Positions 1-9,772 of a DNA stretch of 64,000 nt are shown here, piece after piece (the stretch's first letter is position 1; every line of letters begins with the position of its first letter). Both the position numbers and the translations under genes were made by a program. The notes beneath the pieces were generated by a model. That model was not told where the DNA came from. It did not search any database and saw nothing but the letters and a program-made list of their open reading frames with translations. Source of the DNA: Candidatus Aenigmatarchaeota archaeon (GTDB lineage Archaea > Aenigmatarchaeota > Aenigmatarchaeia > CG10238-14 > SCSR01); NCBI GenBank assembly GCA_038998335.1, contig JAVZHQ010000002.1, positions 74,689 to 138,688 on the forward strand. Reading direction: 5' to 3'.

Positions 1-17
1 ACGAGCTTTATGGAGCT

Positions 18-218
18 ATGCACTATTTAAAACTTAAAAAACCGAACAAAGTAATAAGATACTTGGAAGATGCTAGAAGAGCTTGTGAAGAGTTAGGCTA
101 TTCTGACTTTGCTGAAGAACTCTGGCTTTTGCAAGGAAAGATGGAAGTAACTTATAATCAACAGAAAAAAATGCTAAAAGATATTCAAGAAAAAATGTGG
201 AAACCCTTTAATGAATAA
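18..218 (+). CDS. small hypothetical protein (may be 5'-partial at window edge)
   Basis: 66-aa ORF with genome-typical composition, ending just before the tRNA. Confidence 0.4.
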   Translation: MHYLKLKKPNKVIRYLEDARRACEELGYSDFAEELWLLQGKMEVTYNQQKKMLKDIQEKMWKPFNE

Positions 219-343
219 TAGCGGGGGCACGATTTGAACGTGCGACCTTTACCCCAGACTTAAGTCTGTCCGGGTGTCACAAGAGCAGCCTTATGAGCCA
301 TTCGCAAAACTTCGGCGAGCACTCCAGGCTGCTCTACCCCGCT
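219..343 (-). tRNA. tRNA-Met initiator (CAT) with three introns (300-312, 276-291, 249-269)
   Basis: Acceptor AGCGGGG/CCCCGCT (A1-U72), D arm GAGC/GCTC, reconstituted anticodon arm CCGGG-CTCATAA-CCCGG, T arm GCACG-TTCAAAT-CGTGC. Confidence 0.92.
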
Positions 344-473
344 TTTACAACTTATATTAAATTTGATAGAAACATAATTTAAATACTTTTACCAATAGAG
401 TGGTAATTTTTGCTTTATTTTTAACTTTGAAAGTTGTAAACCTAATTATTTACCCAAAAAACACTTTTTCATC

Positions 474-788
474 ATGTACCAAGAAAAAGGTGTTCTGAAA
501 AGAGTGAAGGACTACATAAAAAGTTATTTTACTTTACCTTCTTTACTTGGTGGTGCTACGGGAACTGCCATAGGTTATTGGGGATCTTTAACCGCAATCT
601 CTCTTTACGATATAATAACAAATAAATTACCGCAAGCGATCCAAACAGGCAATTTAAACGTTTTTCTTTATTCAAGTTATTGGGAACCGGCAGGAAAGAT
701 TGCTTTTGTTAGTGGAATCGCAGGCTTAATTCTAGCAAGAAGAGTAGAAAGGTCAACAATTTCTTTTCTCAAAAAAATCTTAAGGTGA
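474..788 (+). CDS. small membrane protein, two hydrophobic segments
   Basis: ORF track; Gly-rich hydrophobic stretches. Confidence 0.6.
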   Translation: MYQEKGVLKRVKDYIKSYFTLPSLLGGATGTAIGYWGSLTAISLYDIITNKLPQAIQTGNLNVFLYSSYWEPAGKIAFVSGIAGLILARRVERSTISFLKKILR

Positions 789-792
789 TTAA

Positions 793-1611
793 ATGCTTCC
801 GCTCTTTAACGAGCTAGAAGAAAAAACAATAAAAAAAGAGGAGCTTTTGGAAATTTTCAAAGAATTTGGACTAAGTGAATATGAAACAAAGGTTTATTCC
901 GCTTTACTATTTCTTGGTTCCTCAAAAGTTGGGAAAATAAGCAAAGTGTCGAAAGTACCACAATCAAAAATTTATGGCGTGCTAGAAGAGCTTACTCAAA
1001 AGGAGTTAGTTGAGATTTTTGACGGTAGACCAAAGGAGTTCAAAGCAGTACCACCAAAAATAGCTTTTAAGAACCTTTTAGAGAGGAAGGAAGAAGAAGT
1101 TAAAATTCTTAAGAGTAGGATAGAGTTTTTGATAAAAGCTTTTAAACCTTTTGAAGTTAACGAAGAATTTGGTCAAGGAATTTGGGTACAAAAAAACGAA
1201 AAGAGTTGGGAAGTTCTAAACAGATTTTCTAGCATGTTAGAAAATTGCAAGAACTATGCTTTTGACATAACAAAAGATTTTTCCTTAACCTCTTCTTTTA
1301 GAGATTCTTTAAGAAAATGTGCAAGAAACGGCGCAAAGCTTATGGCAATAAGCACAACAAAAATTACCAGAGAAAATTTTCCCAAGGTTAAGTGGTTTTG
1401 TGATAATGGCTTAAAAATAAAAATTTTTGAAACCGAAAATCATCCAAGAGTCTTGGTAATAGATGGAAAAGAAGTTGGGGTAAAGCTCGAAAGCGATTCA
1501 AAAAAATTTTACTTCCAATTCCTTTGGTCAAAAAATAAGTCTTTAGTTAGAATTTTTGACAATTATGCAAAAACTTTATGGAGAATTGCAAAGCCTTTAA
1601 GAGTTACATAA
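793..1611 (+). CDS. TrmB-family transcriptional regulator
   Basis: FGLSEYETKVYSALL...VPQSKIYGVLEEL HTH plus C-terminal PLD-like effector domain. Confidence 0.88.
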   Translation: MLPLFNELEEKTIKKEELLEIFKEFGLSEYETKVYSALLFLGSSKVGKISKVSKVPQSKIYGVLEELTQKELVEIFDGRPKEFKAVPPKIAFKNLLERKEEEVKILKSRIEFLIKAFKPFEVNEEFGQGIWVQKNEKSWEVLNRFSSMLENCKNYAFDITKDFSLTSSFRDSLRKCARNGAKLMAISTTKITRENFPKVKWFCDNGLKIKIFETENHPRVLVIDGKEVGVKLESDSKKFYFQFLWSKNKSLVRIFDNYAKTLWRIAKPLRVT

Positions 1612-2682
1612 TAACTTGGAGATTGAAATCATTCTAGTTTTTCCTTTCATCCCTTTTTTTACTTCTTTTACTTTTATTAACTTAACTTGGTTAAGATGAT
1701 TTATCAAATCTCTAAAGGCTCTATCACTTATCGGCCTTTCAACTCTCTTGCAATATTCTTCGTACAATTCACCTGAAGTCAAGCTTTTTCTCTCCTTCAA
1801 TATTTCAAGAATAATTTTCTCATTTCCGCTTACGCTTTCTTCCAAGATTTTTGGTTTTGCAGGCTTAATCTCAGGCAGAACTTCCTTAACATGCGAAACT
1901 TTAAGTTTGTTAGAATTTTCACTTTCTGCCAACCTACCTGCTTTTAACAAGCATTCTAACCCAACTCTCACATCACTTCCTTTTTGAACTGCAAAATTTG
2001 CTACCAGAATGGCTACCCCTTCTTCCACAGAATGAAAAGCATTCTTAATTCTTTCCTCAAGAATATCTTTCATCTCTTGCAAGCTGTACGGCTTAAATTC
2101 GATTTCCTCTATTCTCAGGCTACTTTTTATTCTTGGGTCAAGCTTAACAAAAACATCTTTAAAGTTTGAAATAAAAACAAGACAAACTGGGTTTTTTAAG
2201 TACTGATTTATTCTTAACAAATCGTAAAGAACTTCTTCACTTTTGAAGATTAGTTGGTCGACCTCATCTAAACAAACTACTAAACCTTTTTTCGTCTTCC
2301 CTAAAAATTCAATTAACCTTTCGAGAACTTCATCTTTGCTTATCCCTCTTCTTGGAACAAATATTTCCAACTCGTTTGCTATTTTTGTGAGAATAGAAAG
2401 AGCAGTATTATAGCTCCAACAATTTATGTAAATTGTTTTCACACTTTCGCTAAACTCTTCAAACTCCCGAAAAACAAATTTAACAACATGAGTTTTTCCT
2501 ATTCCTGGTGGACCAAAAATGAAGGTGTTTTGTCCTGCTAAGCCTTTTGCTACTGGCATTAAATTTCTTGCTATTTGTTTTATCTTATCTTCTCGATGAG
2601 GCAAAAACTCTGGTAAGTAATCTGGAGATAAAACTTCCTCATTTTTAAAAATTTTTGATTCAATTTCTGAAAAAGTATTCAT
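1597..2682 (-). CDS. cdc6: Orc1/Cdc6 replication initiator
   Basis: LSPDYLP..LPHRE, Walker A GPPGIGKT, YINC, Walker B LDEVD, C-terminal wHTH. Confidence 0.92.
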   Translation of the reverse strand: MNTFSEIESKIFKNEEVLSPDYLPEFLPHREDKIKQIARNLMPVAKGLAGQNTFIFGPPGIGKTHVVKFVFREFEEFSESVKTIYINCWSYNTALSILTKIANELEIFVPRRGISKDEVLERLIEFLGKTKKGLVVCLDEVDQLIFKSEEVLYDLLRINQYLKNPVCLVFISNFKDVFVKLDPRIKSSLRIEEIEFKPYSLQEMKDILEERIKNAFHSVEEGVAILVANFAVQKGSDVRVGLECLLKAGRLAESENSNKLKVSHVKEVLPEIKPAKPKILEESVSGNEKIILEILKERKSLTSGELYEEYCKRVERPISDRAFRDLINHLNQVKLIKVKEVKKGMKGKTRMISISKLLCNS

Positions 2683-4292
2683 AAAACTTCCTTCAATTTT
2701 TTAATCGATTCCTCTTTTGTTTCTATCAAATAAGGTCCTAGTCTTGGACCTTTCTCTACTTTTAAGAGAATTTTGTAGAGAAGTTTGAAGAAACTTGCTG
2801 GTTTAATTCCATAACTTCTTGAAATTTCAAAAATTTTTGTCTGTACTTTTTCTCCGTCTTCTTCTTTTTCTAGATTTTCAACAAGCTCTTTTATTGCTTT
2901 CTTTTCCTCTTCAGAAATTTCTACTTCAGCTTCTATCTTTTCGTCTTCAACCCAATTCTTAGCAAACTCGAGTTTTTTCTTCAGATCTTCTATTAATTCT
3001 TTATCAACTTCTCTTACAAGTTTCATTTTCTTTAGCTTTTCTAAAGCAAATTCAAGCTGATTTTTTTCTGGTAGTATCCTTGCAATCTCAACAAGCCTTA
3101 AGTAAGGAATGCTTAAAGACGGTTTTTTAGGCGGACTGAGAAAATAAACATACTCAAAAAGTCTTTTTGCGTTCGTCAAGTCTCTTTCGTTTTCAACTTT
3201 TTCTAGCCCAAAATAAATTCTCTCAAGCTTGCTAAGTTCGTCCATATACTTTGGGATATCCGTAACATCAAGCTCTCTTGTTCCTTCAAATCTTTTGAAC
3301 ATTAAAAGAATCAAGCTTTGAACGCTGCCATACCGAAACCAAACTTGGGGAGTAAAAACATTTCCATAAGATTTTGAAATTTTTTTACCTCCTTTTTCTA
3401 GAAACATTTCGTATACTATGTGAAGAGGCGGTTCAAAACCTAGAACTTCTCTACAAATTGTGTCGTTAACTCTAACCGAGTCATGAATGTCTTTCCCATA
3501 AGCTTCAAAAACAATTCCTAAGGTTTTCCATCTTGCTGCAAACTCTCCTTTCCAACTTAGTTTTCCGTTTCCCTTAAAGTAGCTTGCCTCACCTTTATAA
3601 CCACAGCCCTTAACTATAATTTCTTTTCCGGTGTTCAAGTTTTTTCCCACAAATTGTTGGTCGCAAACATAAAGCACTTTATGCTCTTCAGGAATAAGCT
3701 GATAAGCTCGGGTTGTGTAGATTTTTCCACATTTTTCACAAACAGGAAAATAAGGAAGCATTTCCACAAATTTTTCTTGCCCAAGTAAATCTTTCACTAT
3801 TCTTCCAATTTTTTCCGCGTTCAAAAGAATTTGCTCTATTTCCTTGTCTAAAACTCCTTTTCTATAGTTTTCTGTTCCAGATTGGAAAGTGTAATCTATC
3901 CCAGCCTTTTCTATAGCTTCTATAAGCAAGGAGCTCATATGCTCGCCATAACTTGAATGACATTTAAAAGGATCTGGAATGTCAGTAACAGGCACTCCTA
4001 TATAATCTTCGAGCCAGTTTGGCATGGTTAAAGGAACCTTTCTTAAGCCATCTCTATCATCAGAGTAAGCAATAAACTCTGATTTAAAGCCTAAATCTCT
4101 CAAACCCAAAGTTACCCCATACTGTCTAATAACATCACCAAAACTACCTAGATGAGGAAAACCGGAAGCTCCTAAGCCTGATTCTGTCCTTAAAACTTTT
4201 AACTTCCTTTTTAATTTCTCTTCTCTTTCAACTATTTGCCTTGCTATTCTATCAATCCAGAACTCATACTTTTTCTTTTCCATTTCTCTCAA
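2679..4292 (-). CDS. lysS: class I lysyl-tRNA synthetase
   Basis: SGFPHLGS (HIGH-like), KISKSYGN (KMSKS-like), YGKD, GPRLG. Confidence 0.95.
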   Translation of the reverse strand: MREMEKKKYEFWIDRIARQIVEREEKLKRKLKVLRTESGLGASGFPHLGSFGDVIRQYGVTLGLRDLGFKSEFIAYSDDRDGLRKVPLTMPNWLEDYIGVPVTDIPDPFKCHSSYGEHMSSLLIEAIEKAGIDYTFQSGTENYRKGVLDKEIEQILLNAEKIGRIVKDLLGQEKFVEMLPYFPVCEKCGKIYTTRAYQLIPEEHKVLYVCDQQFVGKNLNTGKEIIVKGCGYKGEASYFKGNGKLSWKGEFAARWKTLGIVFEAYGKDIHDSVRVNDTICREVLGFEPPLHIVYEMFLEKGGKKISKSYGNVFTPQVWFRYGSVQSLILLMFKRFEGTRELDVTDIPKYMDELSKLERIYFGLEKVENERDLTNAKRLFEYVYFLSPPKKPSLSIPYLRLVEIARILPEKNQLEFALEKLKKMKLVREVDKELIEDLKKKLEFAKNWVEDEKIEAEVEISEEEKKAIKELVENLEKEEDGEKVQTKIFEISRSYGIKPASFFKLLYKILLKVEKGPRLGPYLIETKEESIKKLKEVL

Positions 4293-4307
4293 CTTTTAAA
4301 AAGTTTG

Positions 4308-4378
4308 TGGGCCTGCCAGGAATTGAACCTGGTTCTTGGCGTTGTAAGCGCCACGTCCTACCGTTAGACTACAGGCCC
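4308..4378 (-). tRNA. tRNA-Val (TAC), no intron
   Basis: GGGCCTG/CAGGCCC acceptor, TGGCG-CTTACAA-CGCCA anticodon arm, GGTTCAATTCC T arm. Confidence 0.93.
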
Positions 4379-4425
4379 TTATGCCAATATTTATTTGTAT
4401 CGAGTAAACTAATAAATTATTTTTC

Positions 4426-4923
4426 TCAAAGCTTAAGAGAATGTTCAATCCTTATAGGTATTTCCTTTGATTTTTTATTTTTATCGTCTTCTAAAATTTT
4501 ATAAGCTTTGATTAAACCATAGCTAACGTAAGAAACATTTCTTCTAAAGAACTTTTCTTCAAATTCAGCTCTTGCCCATAAAACTATCTCCAAGTCTTTT
4601 GCCACATCTAAATCATCCGGAGATAAATCTATTTTGCCGTTCGGATGTGAATGATACTGAAAAAACAAATAGCTTGGATTAAATTTCTTAAACATTCTAA
4701 CGTACATTTCTGTTCTTTGATTGTCAACTTCATTGTAGCTAGCCTTTTCAAAGACAGGAACTACACCCTTCAAGTAGAATTTTTTATCTTTCTCCATTCC
4801 ATAAACAAAACCACTAAATTCTGTTCTAGCAAGAGCCGATATTCTTGCCAGCTCTGTTAATCTAATAGCATCTACTGTTGACAAACAAATCTCTTCTATT
4901 TCTACCATAAGAATTAAAAACAA
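4426..4923 (-). CDS. JAB/MPN (Mov34) domain metalloprotein
   Basis: N-terminal E(FSG) plus YHSHP-x5-SPDD JAMM-type motif. Confidence 0.7.
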   Translation of the reverse strand: MFLILMVEIEEICLSTVDAIRLTELARISALARTEFSGFVYGMEKDKKFYLKGVVPVFEKASYNEVDNQRTEMYVRMFKKFNPSYLFFQYHSHPNGKIDLSPDDLDVAKDLEIVLWARAEFEEKFFRRNVSYVSYGLIKAYKILEDDKNKKSKEIPIRIEHSLKL

Positions 4924-4940
4924 TCTTAAAGTTTAAATTT

Positions 4941-5417
4941 CTAATTTCTAACCTTAAGAAAATCAGAATATTCAAGAATTAACTCTTCTGGAACAAGTAT
5001 TTTCTTGTAGCTTAGAATTCCTTTTTCAGCAAGCTTTTTATCAGAAGTTAGAAGAGTTAATTTTTCTCTTTTTGAAATGAACAAGTGTAAAGCATCTTTT
5101 GCTTCTAAACCAAAATTTTTTACTAAGTTAGCAATTGAAGAATTTAGACTAAACTCTTCTATTATTTCTGCCTTACTTTCTTCTAGAAACTTTTTAAGGA
5201 GGAGTGAAATTTTATTTTTATCTAATTTAAATTCCTTTTGCATTACTTCAAAAACCTCTGCCAAAACCCAAGAAGAAACAAAAATCTTAAAGTTATTGTT
5301 TAAACTTAAAGCCTTGATTATAAACGGGACTTTTCTTTTGTTGATCATGTTTTTAAAGTATCTTAAAAGTATGTTTGAGTCAAGGTATAGCTTTTCAATT
5401 TCTATAAATTTATGCAT
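4941..5417 (-). CDS. PIN-domain (VapC-like) ribonuclease
   Basis: YLDSNIL...LAE...KDALH...LLTSDKKL acidic PIN motif set. Confidence 0.85.
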   Translation of the reverse strand: MHKFIEIEKLYLDSNILLRYFKNMINKRKVPFIIKALSLNNNFKIFVSSWVLAEVFEVMQKEFKLDKNKISLLLKKFLEESKAEIIEEFSLNSSIANLVKNFGLEAKDALHLFISKREKLTLLTSDKKLAEKGILSYKKILVPEELILEYSDFLKVRN

Positions 5418-5476
5418 AGAAAAATTTATATACTAATAATATTTAAATATTTTGGGAGTTCACTTCCGGTGATCTA

Positions 5477-5932
5477 ATGAAAATAAAAAATGTAGAATAC
5501 GATACAAAAAATGCACAAAAAATATTTGAACTGCTTGAAAAAAACCCTAGAGGGTTAACAATTAGTGAGATTTCTAGAGAGCTTAGACTAAACCGCCATA
5601 CTGTAACAAAACTTTTAGAAAGAATGCTTATAGAAAAAAAAGTAAACTATGAGGAAAAAGGCCCAGCAAAAATTTTTTACTCAGTTGGAACAAGCAAGTT
5701 TGTTGGAAGAATTGACCAAGAAAAAGATACGCTTTGGTTTAACGTTTTTAAACCAAAGTATCCTGGGGAAGAAGAATTTTTAAGAATAAACCAGACAAAG
5801 CACGATTATCTTATTAGGTCTTCTACTAAGTTTAAGTCTGTTGGTGCAGTTGCTATTAAAAAAAGTAGTTTAGTAAGTGTGATTAAGTTATTAAAAGAAG
5901 TAGCAAAAAGAGAGTTTGGTTTAGAAGTTTAA
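5477..5932 (+). CDS. wHTH DNA-binding protein with small C-terminal domain
   Basis: GLTISEISRELRLNRHTVTKLL HTH. Confidence 0.75.
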   Translation: MKIKNVEYDTKNAQKIFELLEKNPRGLTISEISRELRLNRHTVTKLLERMLIEKKVNYEEKGPAKIFYSVGTSKFVGRIDQEKDTLWFNVFKPKYPGEEEFLRINQTKHDYLIRSSTKFKSVGAVAIKKSSLVSVIKLLKEVAKREFGLEV

Positions 5933-6651
5933 GACGCTACCAATCCTAGAGTTGCTGCAATTATAAATACAATTTGTCTTATCTCAAACCTTGGTCTCCA
6001 GTTAAAATAGTTAGAAGAAAGTTTAATTGTACCCTTATCACCGTTTATAGTTACTTGATATTTACTAGAATTCAGGAATTTTATCTTTGGCCTAAAGCTT
6101 ATAACTCTTAAGCAGCTAGGAAACTTTGCCAAATAAAAATTAAACTTTCTATTTTTTTCCAAATAATTCCCTTTTAAAACTTCATAAATTAAACCTTCTA
6201 TATTTCTAAACATAGCTTGTTTAAGTTCTATCGCATGTTTTGAATAAATTTCCTTAAGTTTTTGTGAATCGAGCTTAAGAGGATGGAACTTTACCTTAAG
6301 CAAACTTTCAAGAAGAAGAACTATTTCTTCAGTTTTTTTGTCAGGACCTCGATAAACTTCAAGAGTTTTAGTTAAAGTGTTAATAAAGCAATAAGTTCTT
6401 TTCAAGATTTTGTTTTTGCCGTTTTGTTTCAAAAAACTAACTATTTCATAAATATCTTCTTCTGAAAAAGCCTTTTTTAAAGCATCCTCTAAACTTTCAT
6501 AGTAAAAATATTGAACAAAAACTTCATTCTTATCATACCTGCTAACCTTTGCTTCTATCCAGCTATCTTTGAATTTTTTGTTGTTCAAAATTCCGCATAT
6601 TTCAAAAGGACTAGGAAGTTTTTCAAAAAGAAAAACTGTTATGGTTGGCAT
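5929..6651 (-). CDS. hypothetical protein
   Basis: 240-aa ORF, no recognised motif. Confidence 0.65.
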   Translation of the reverse strand: MPTITVFLFEKLPSPFEICGILNNKKFKDSWIEAKVSRYDKNEVFVQYFYYESLEDALKKAFSEEDIYEIVSFLKQNGKNKILKRTYCFINTLTKTLEVYRGPDKKTEEIVLLLESLLKVKFHPLKLDSQKLKEIYSKHAIELKQAMFRNIEGLIYEVLKGNYLEKNRKFNFYLAKFPSCLRVISFRPKIKFLNSSKYQVTINGDKGTIKLSSNYFNWRPRFEIRQIVFIIAATLGLVAS

Positions 6652-6707
6652 GATTAAGAAAATGAAAAATAAGACTGATAAAAATTTTTAACTTAAGGAA
6701 GTGGTAA

Positions 6708-7154
6708 CTACCAGACAATTACTCTTAACCAAACTCTTTTAATTTTTCCGTTCAAATCTTGAATCAACATTGGTTCTTCATAAGCTATTCTGTTAGTTGA
6801 GCTGGCAATTTTTCCATAATAAGGAGAAACTTTTAAAAATGTAAAATTAGAAATTCCACTAATATTAACAAAAATTTGATGGTTTTTAATTTCTTCGGGG
6901 GCATTAAAAACACAAGACCAATGACCTGTTGAATTTGTATTGGGACAAGTTATTTCTCTATCAACAAAAATTTTTACTTCAGCGTTTTGAATTGGCATAC
7001 CATTAAAATCTTTTGCTTCGCCATAAGCTAGAATAGTATCCTGCCACCAAGAAACTGAAGAATTTAAGTTTAAAGTTACTATTCCTTCTTCAGAAGCATA
7101 AGCAAAGACTAAAAAAATTAGTAGAAAAATTAAAAAAGGTAATAAGAGCTTCAT
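6708..7154 (-). CDS. secreted Ig-like/beta-rich protein
   Basis: signal peptide MKLLLPFLIFLLIFLVFAYA; beta-rich body with Cys pair. Confidence 0.65.
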   Translation of the reverse strand: MKLLLPFLIFLLIFLVFAYASEEGIVTLNLNSSVSWWQDTILAYGEAKDFNGMPIQNAEVKIFVDREITCPNTNSTGHWSCVFNAPEEIKNHQIFVNISGISNFTFLKVSPYYGKIASSTNRIAYEEPMLIQDLNGKIKRVWLRVIVW

Positions 7155-7193
7155 GTTTAATATTAAGTTACTTTAAATTAAAATTGTGATTGT

Positions 7194-7595
7194 ATGGAAG
7201 AAAAAGAGCTTCAAGAAAAAATATTTGTTTACAGGCTTTTGGAAGCTAGACTAAATTCTTTACTTAAAGAAAGAGAATTGTTAATAGCAAAAATTGTAGA
7301 AATTCAAACAACTTTACAAAGTATAGAGGAAATTAAGAAAGGCGAGGAAGTACTTTTTGCCTTAGGCTCAGAAGCTTATGCTTTTGGAAAGTTGAAAGAA
7401 AAAAATAGGATTATAGTTGAGGTTGGTAGCAATATAGCCTTGGAGAAAAATTTTGAAGACGCAAAAAAAACTTTAGAAAAAAGAAGAATCGAAATGGAAA
7501 AAACTTTAAACGAAGTAGAGAAAAGTATTGTTGAAGTTTCTTCAAGACTCCAAGAGCTCGCTCCAGAAATAGAGAAACTAGCTAAAGGGAGTTGA
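7194..7595 (+). CDS. pfdA: prefoldin alpha subunit
   Basis: coiled coils flanking EVLFALGS...IIVEVGSNIALEK; directly upstream of ftsY. Confidence 0.92.
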   Translation: MEEKELQEKIFVYRLLEARLNSLLKERELLIAKIVEIQTTLQSIEEIKKGEEVLFALGSEAYAFGKLKEKNRIIVEVGSNIALEKNFEDAKKTLEKRRIEMEKTLNEVEKSIVEVSSRLQELAPEIEKLAKGS

Positions 7596-8723
7596 ATGTT
7601 TGGGGTTCTTAAGAAAAAAATTTCAAAAGCAATAGAAGCTATCTCTGAGAAATTTAAGAAAAAAGAAGAAGTTAGCGAAAAAATTGAGAAAAAAATTGAA
7701 GAAATAGAAGAGAAAGAACCTGAAAAAGTTATCGAAGAAATAAAAAAAGAAAGCCCAAGCGAAGAATTTAAGAAAATTCTCGAAGAAAGCGAAAAGGAAA
7801 TAAAAGAAGCTAAGCCAAAAGAGAGAAAAAGTCTTATAAAAAAAGTGAAGGAGAAGATAATAAAGAAAATAAGAGAAAAAAAGTTAGAAGAAAAAGATTT
7901 GCTTCCTGTTCTTAATGAAATGAAGTTTGATTTAATAGAGGCTGACGTTACCTTAGAAGTTGCAGAAAAAATAATAAACGAACTTAAAAATAGCCTTTTA
8001 GGAAAAGAAGTCAAGAAAGGTGAGGAAGAAAAAGTTATAAAAGAAGCTTTAAGGAAAAGCTTGTTTGAGATCCTCTCTGTTCCAAAAATAAGTCTTGAGG
8101 AAACAATAGAAAAAGCGAAAAGAGAAAATAGACCTGCACTTTTTGTTTTTCTTGGGTTTAACGGTGTAGGCAAATCTTTGAACCTAGCAAAAGTAGCTCT
8201 TTGGCTCAAGAATAAAGGTTACAAACCTTTGATAGCTGCAGGTGATACTTTTAGAGCTGCTGCAATAGACCAAATAGAAGAATACGCAAAAATTGTTAAC
8301 GTGCCAGTAATCAAACAAAAGTATGGAGCTGATTCTTGTGCAGTAATTTATGATGCAAGAAAGGCTGCAGAAGCCAGAGGTTTTGACGTAGTTTTAGCTG
8401 ACACTGCGGGAAGAAGCCATACAAACAAGAATTTGATGGAAGAACTGAACAAGATTTGCAGAGTTAACAAGCCAGACTTAAAAATTTTGGTTTTAGATAG
8501 TTTAAGTGGGAGTGATGTTATTAATCAATTTAATTTTTTTGATAAAACTGTAGGTGTTGATGCAATTATATTCTCTAAGGTTGATGTAAACGAAAAAGGA
8601 GGAAACATCCTTTCTGTTTGCCATACTTTCAAAAGACCCATTTTGTTTATTGGTACTGGCCAAGGTTCTAAAGACTTAAAAGAATATGAACCAAACTTTT
8701 TTGTCTCAAACTTGGTTGATTAA
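7596..8723 (+). CDS. ftsY: SRP receptor FtsY
   Basis: charged N-terminus, GFNGVGKS, GDTFRAAA, DTAGR, KVD..EKGG. Confidence 0.95.
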   Translation: MFGVLKKKISKAIEAISEKFKKKEEVSEKIEKKIEEIEEKEPEKVIEEIKKESPSEEFKKILEESEKEIKEAKPKERKSLIKKVKEKIIKKIREKKLEEKDLLPVLNEMKFDLIEADVTLEVAEKIINELKNSLLGKEVKKGEEEKVIKEALRKSLFEILSVPKISLEETIEKAKRENRPALFVFLGFNGVGKSLNLAKVALWLKNKGYKPLIAAGDTFRAAAIDQIEEYAKIVNVPVIKQKYGADSCAVIYDARKAAEARGFDVVLADTAGRSHTNKNLMEELNKICRVNKPDLKILVLDSLSGSDVINQFNFFDKTVGVDAIIFSKVDVNEKGGNILSVCHTFKRPILFIGTGQGSKDLKEYEPNFFVSNLVD

Positions 8724-8775
8724 TAATCAGTTAATGGTTAAAAATTTTAATTTGAAAAAAAGTCAAATAATAAAT

Positions 8776-9585
8776 ATGAACGAAACCCTAATCATAGTTT
8801 TCATTGCAATATTTATTGTAGGTTTAATAGTTGGTTATATTCCAAGCTTGGCTGTTCCTATTCCTAATGGTGGTGGTAGTTCAGGAGCTCCTAGCCCAGG
8901 GCATACAGCAAGTCAAATAGGAGGGGGTACTGACGCAGAAAGAACCTTTGCCTCTTCTGGAAAGTATACTTTTCTTGGAGCATTAGACGTAAGAGGAGGG
9001 TTAACTGTAGTAGGGGATATCTCTTCATCAAATTATGTAAGAGGCACAACTGGTCTTTGTATCGGAAGTGATTGCAGAACTTCTTGGCCGTCTGGAATTA
9101 GTGGAAGTGGAACAGCAAACTATATCGTCAAATTCACCAGCTCCAATACTATTAACACTTCTCTAATATATGAGAGTGGAGGTAATATTGGTATTGGCAC
9201 AACAACACCAAATTATAAACTTCACGTAAAGGGAAACGCCTATTTTGATGGCCCTGTTGGTATAGGAGGGCAAGCATACAATCCAGGCGAACTAAAAGTA
9301 ACTGGCTGGGCCTACTTAGGTCGTGCGAATGTAGCAGCATCAGGCCAAACTAGCTGTACAAATTATGGAACTAGCTATTGTCTTGTTGATGATGCTAACG
9401 ATTGGATTGTGGCGTATTGCCCTTCAGGTAAGAGTATGGTGATAGGTGGAGGTTGTTCAAGCGATAAACCTGCTCCACTCTGGAAAAATGCACCTCTAGG
9501 CGACACTGGTTGGGAGTGCGACTGGAATGGAGATGCAGGCAAAATGACAGTTTATTTAATTTGTGCAAGAATAGCAGGTGATTAA
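8776..9585 (+). CDS. membrane-anchored/secreted Gly-Ser-Thr-rich surface protein with tail-fibre-like motifs
   Basis: N-terminal TM/signal from MNETLII; GLCIGSDCRTSWP, GNIGIGTTTP, C-terminal Cys-rich domain; start chosen at ATG 8776 within ORF 8686..9585. Confidence 0.7.
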   Translation: MNETLIIVFIAIFIVGLIVGYIPSLAVPIPNGGGSSGAPSPGHTASQIGGGTDAERTFASSGKYTFLGALDVRGGLTVVGDISSSNYVRGTTGLCIGSDCRTSWPSGISGSGTANYIVKFTSSNTINTSLIYESGGNIGIGTTTPNYKLHVKGNAYFDGPVGIGGQAYNPGELKVTGWAYLGRANVAASGQTSCTNYGTSYCLVDDANDWIVAYCPSGKSMVIGGGCSSDKPAPLWKNAPLGDTGWECDWNGDAGKMTVYLICARIAGD

Positions 9586-9772
9586 AAGTTATAATCGAGA
9601 ATCTGAAATTTTTCAACCATGTAAATACAAAAAACTTATCTAATTCTTTTAGCAACAGTCTTATTATTAAATCTGGTTCAACCTCTAAACAATTTATAAA
9701 CACTTTTTAAGTCTTTGTTAGCTTGATAAAAAAGAATTTAATAGATTTAAAAAACGAATAAATTAACAATAA

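Noticed and set aside
1597-2700. Replication origin next to cdc6
   Set aside because: cdc6 overlaps both neighbours; no intergenic space or ORB-like repeats seen
7376-8209. 277-aa minus-strand ORF and many other antisense ORFs in the track
   Set aside because: Phe/Ser-rich shadows of Lys/Glu-rich real genes on the opposite strand
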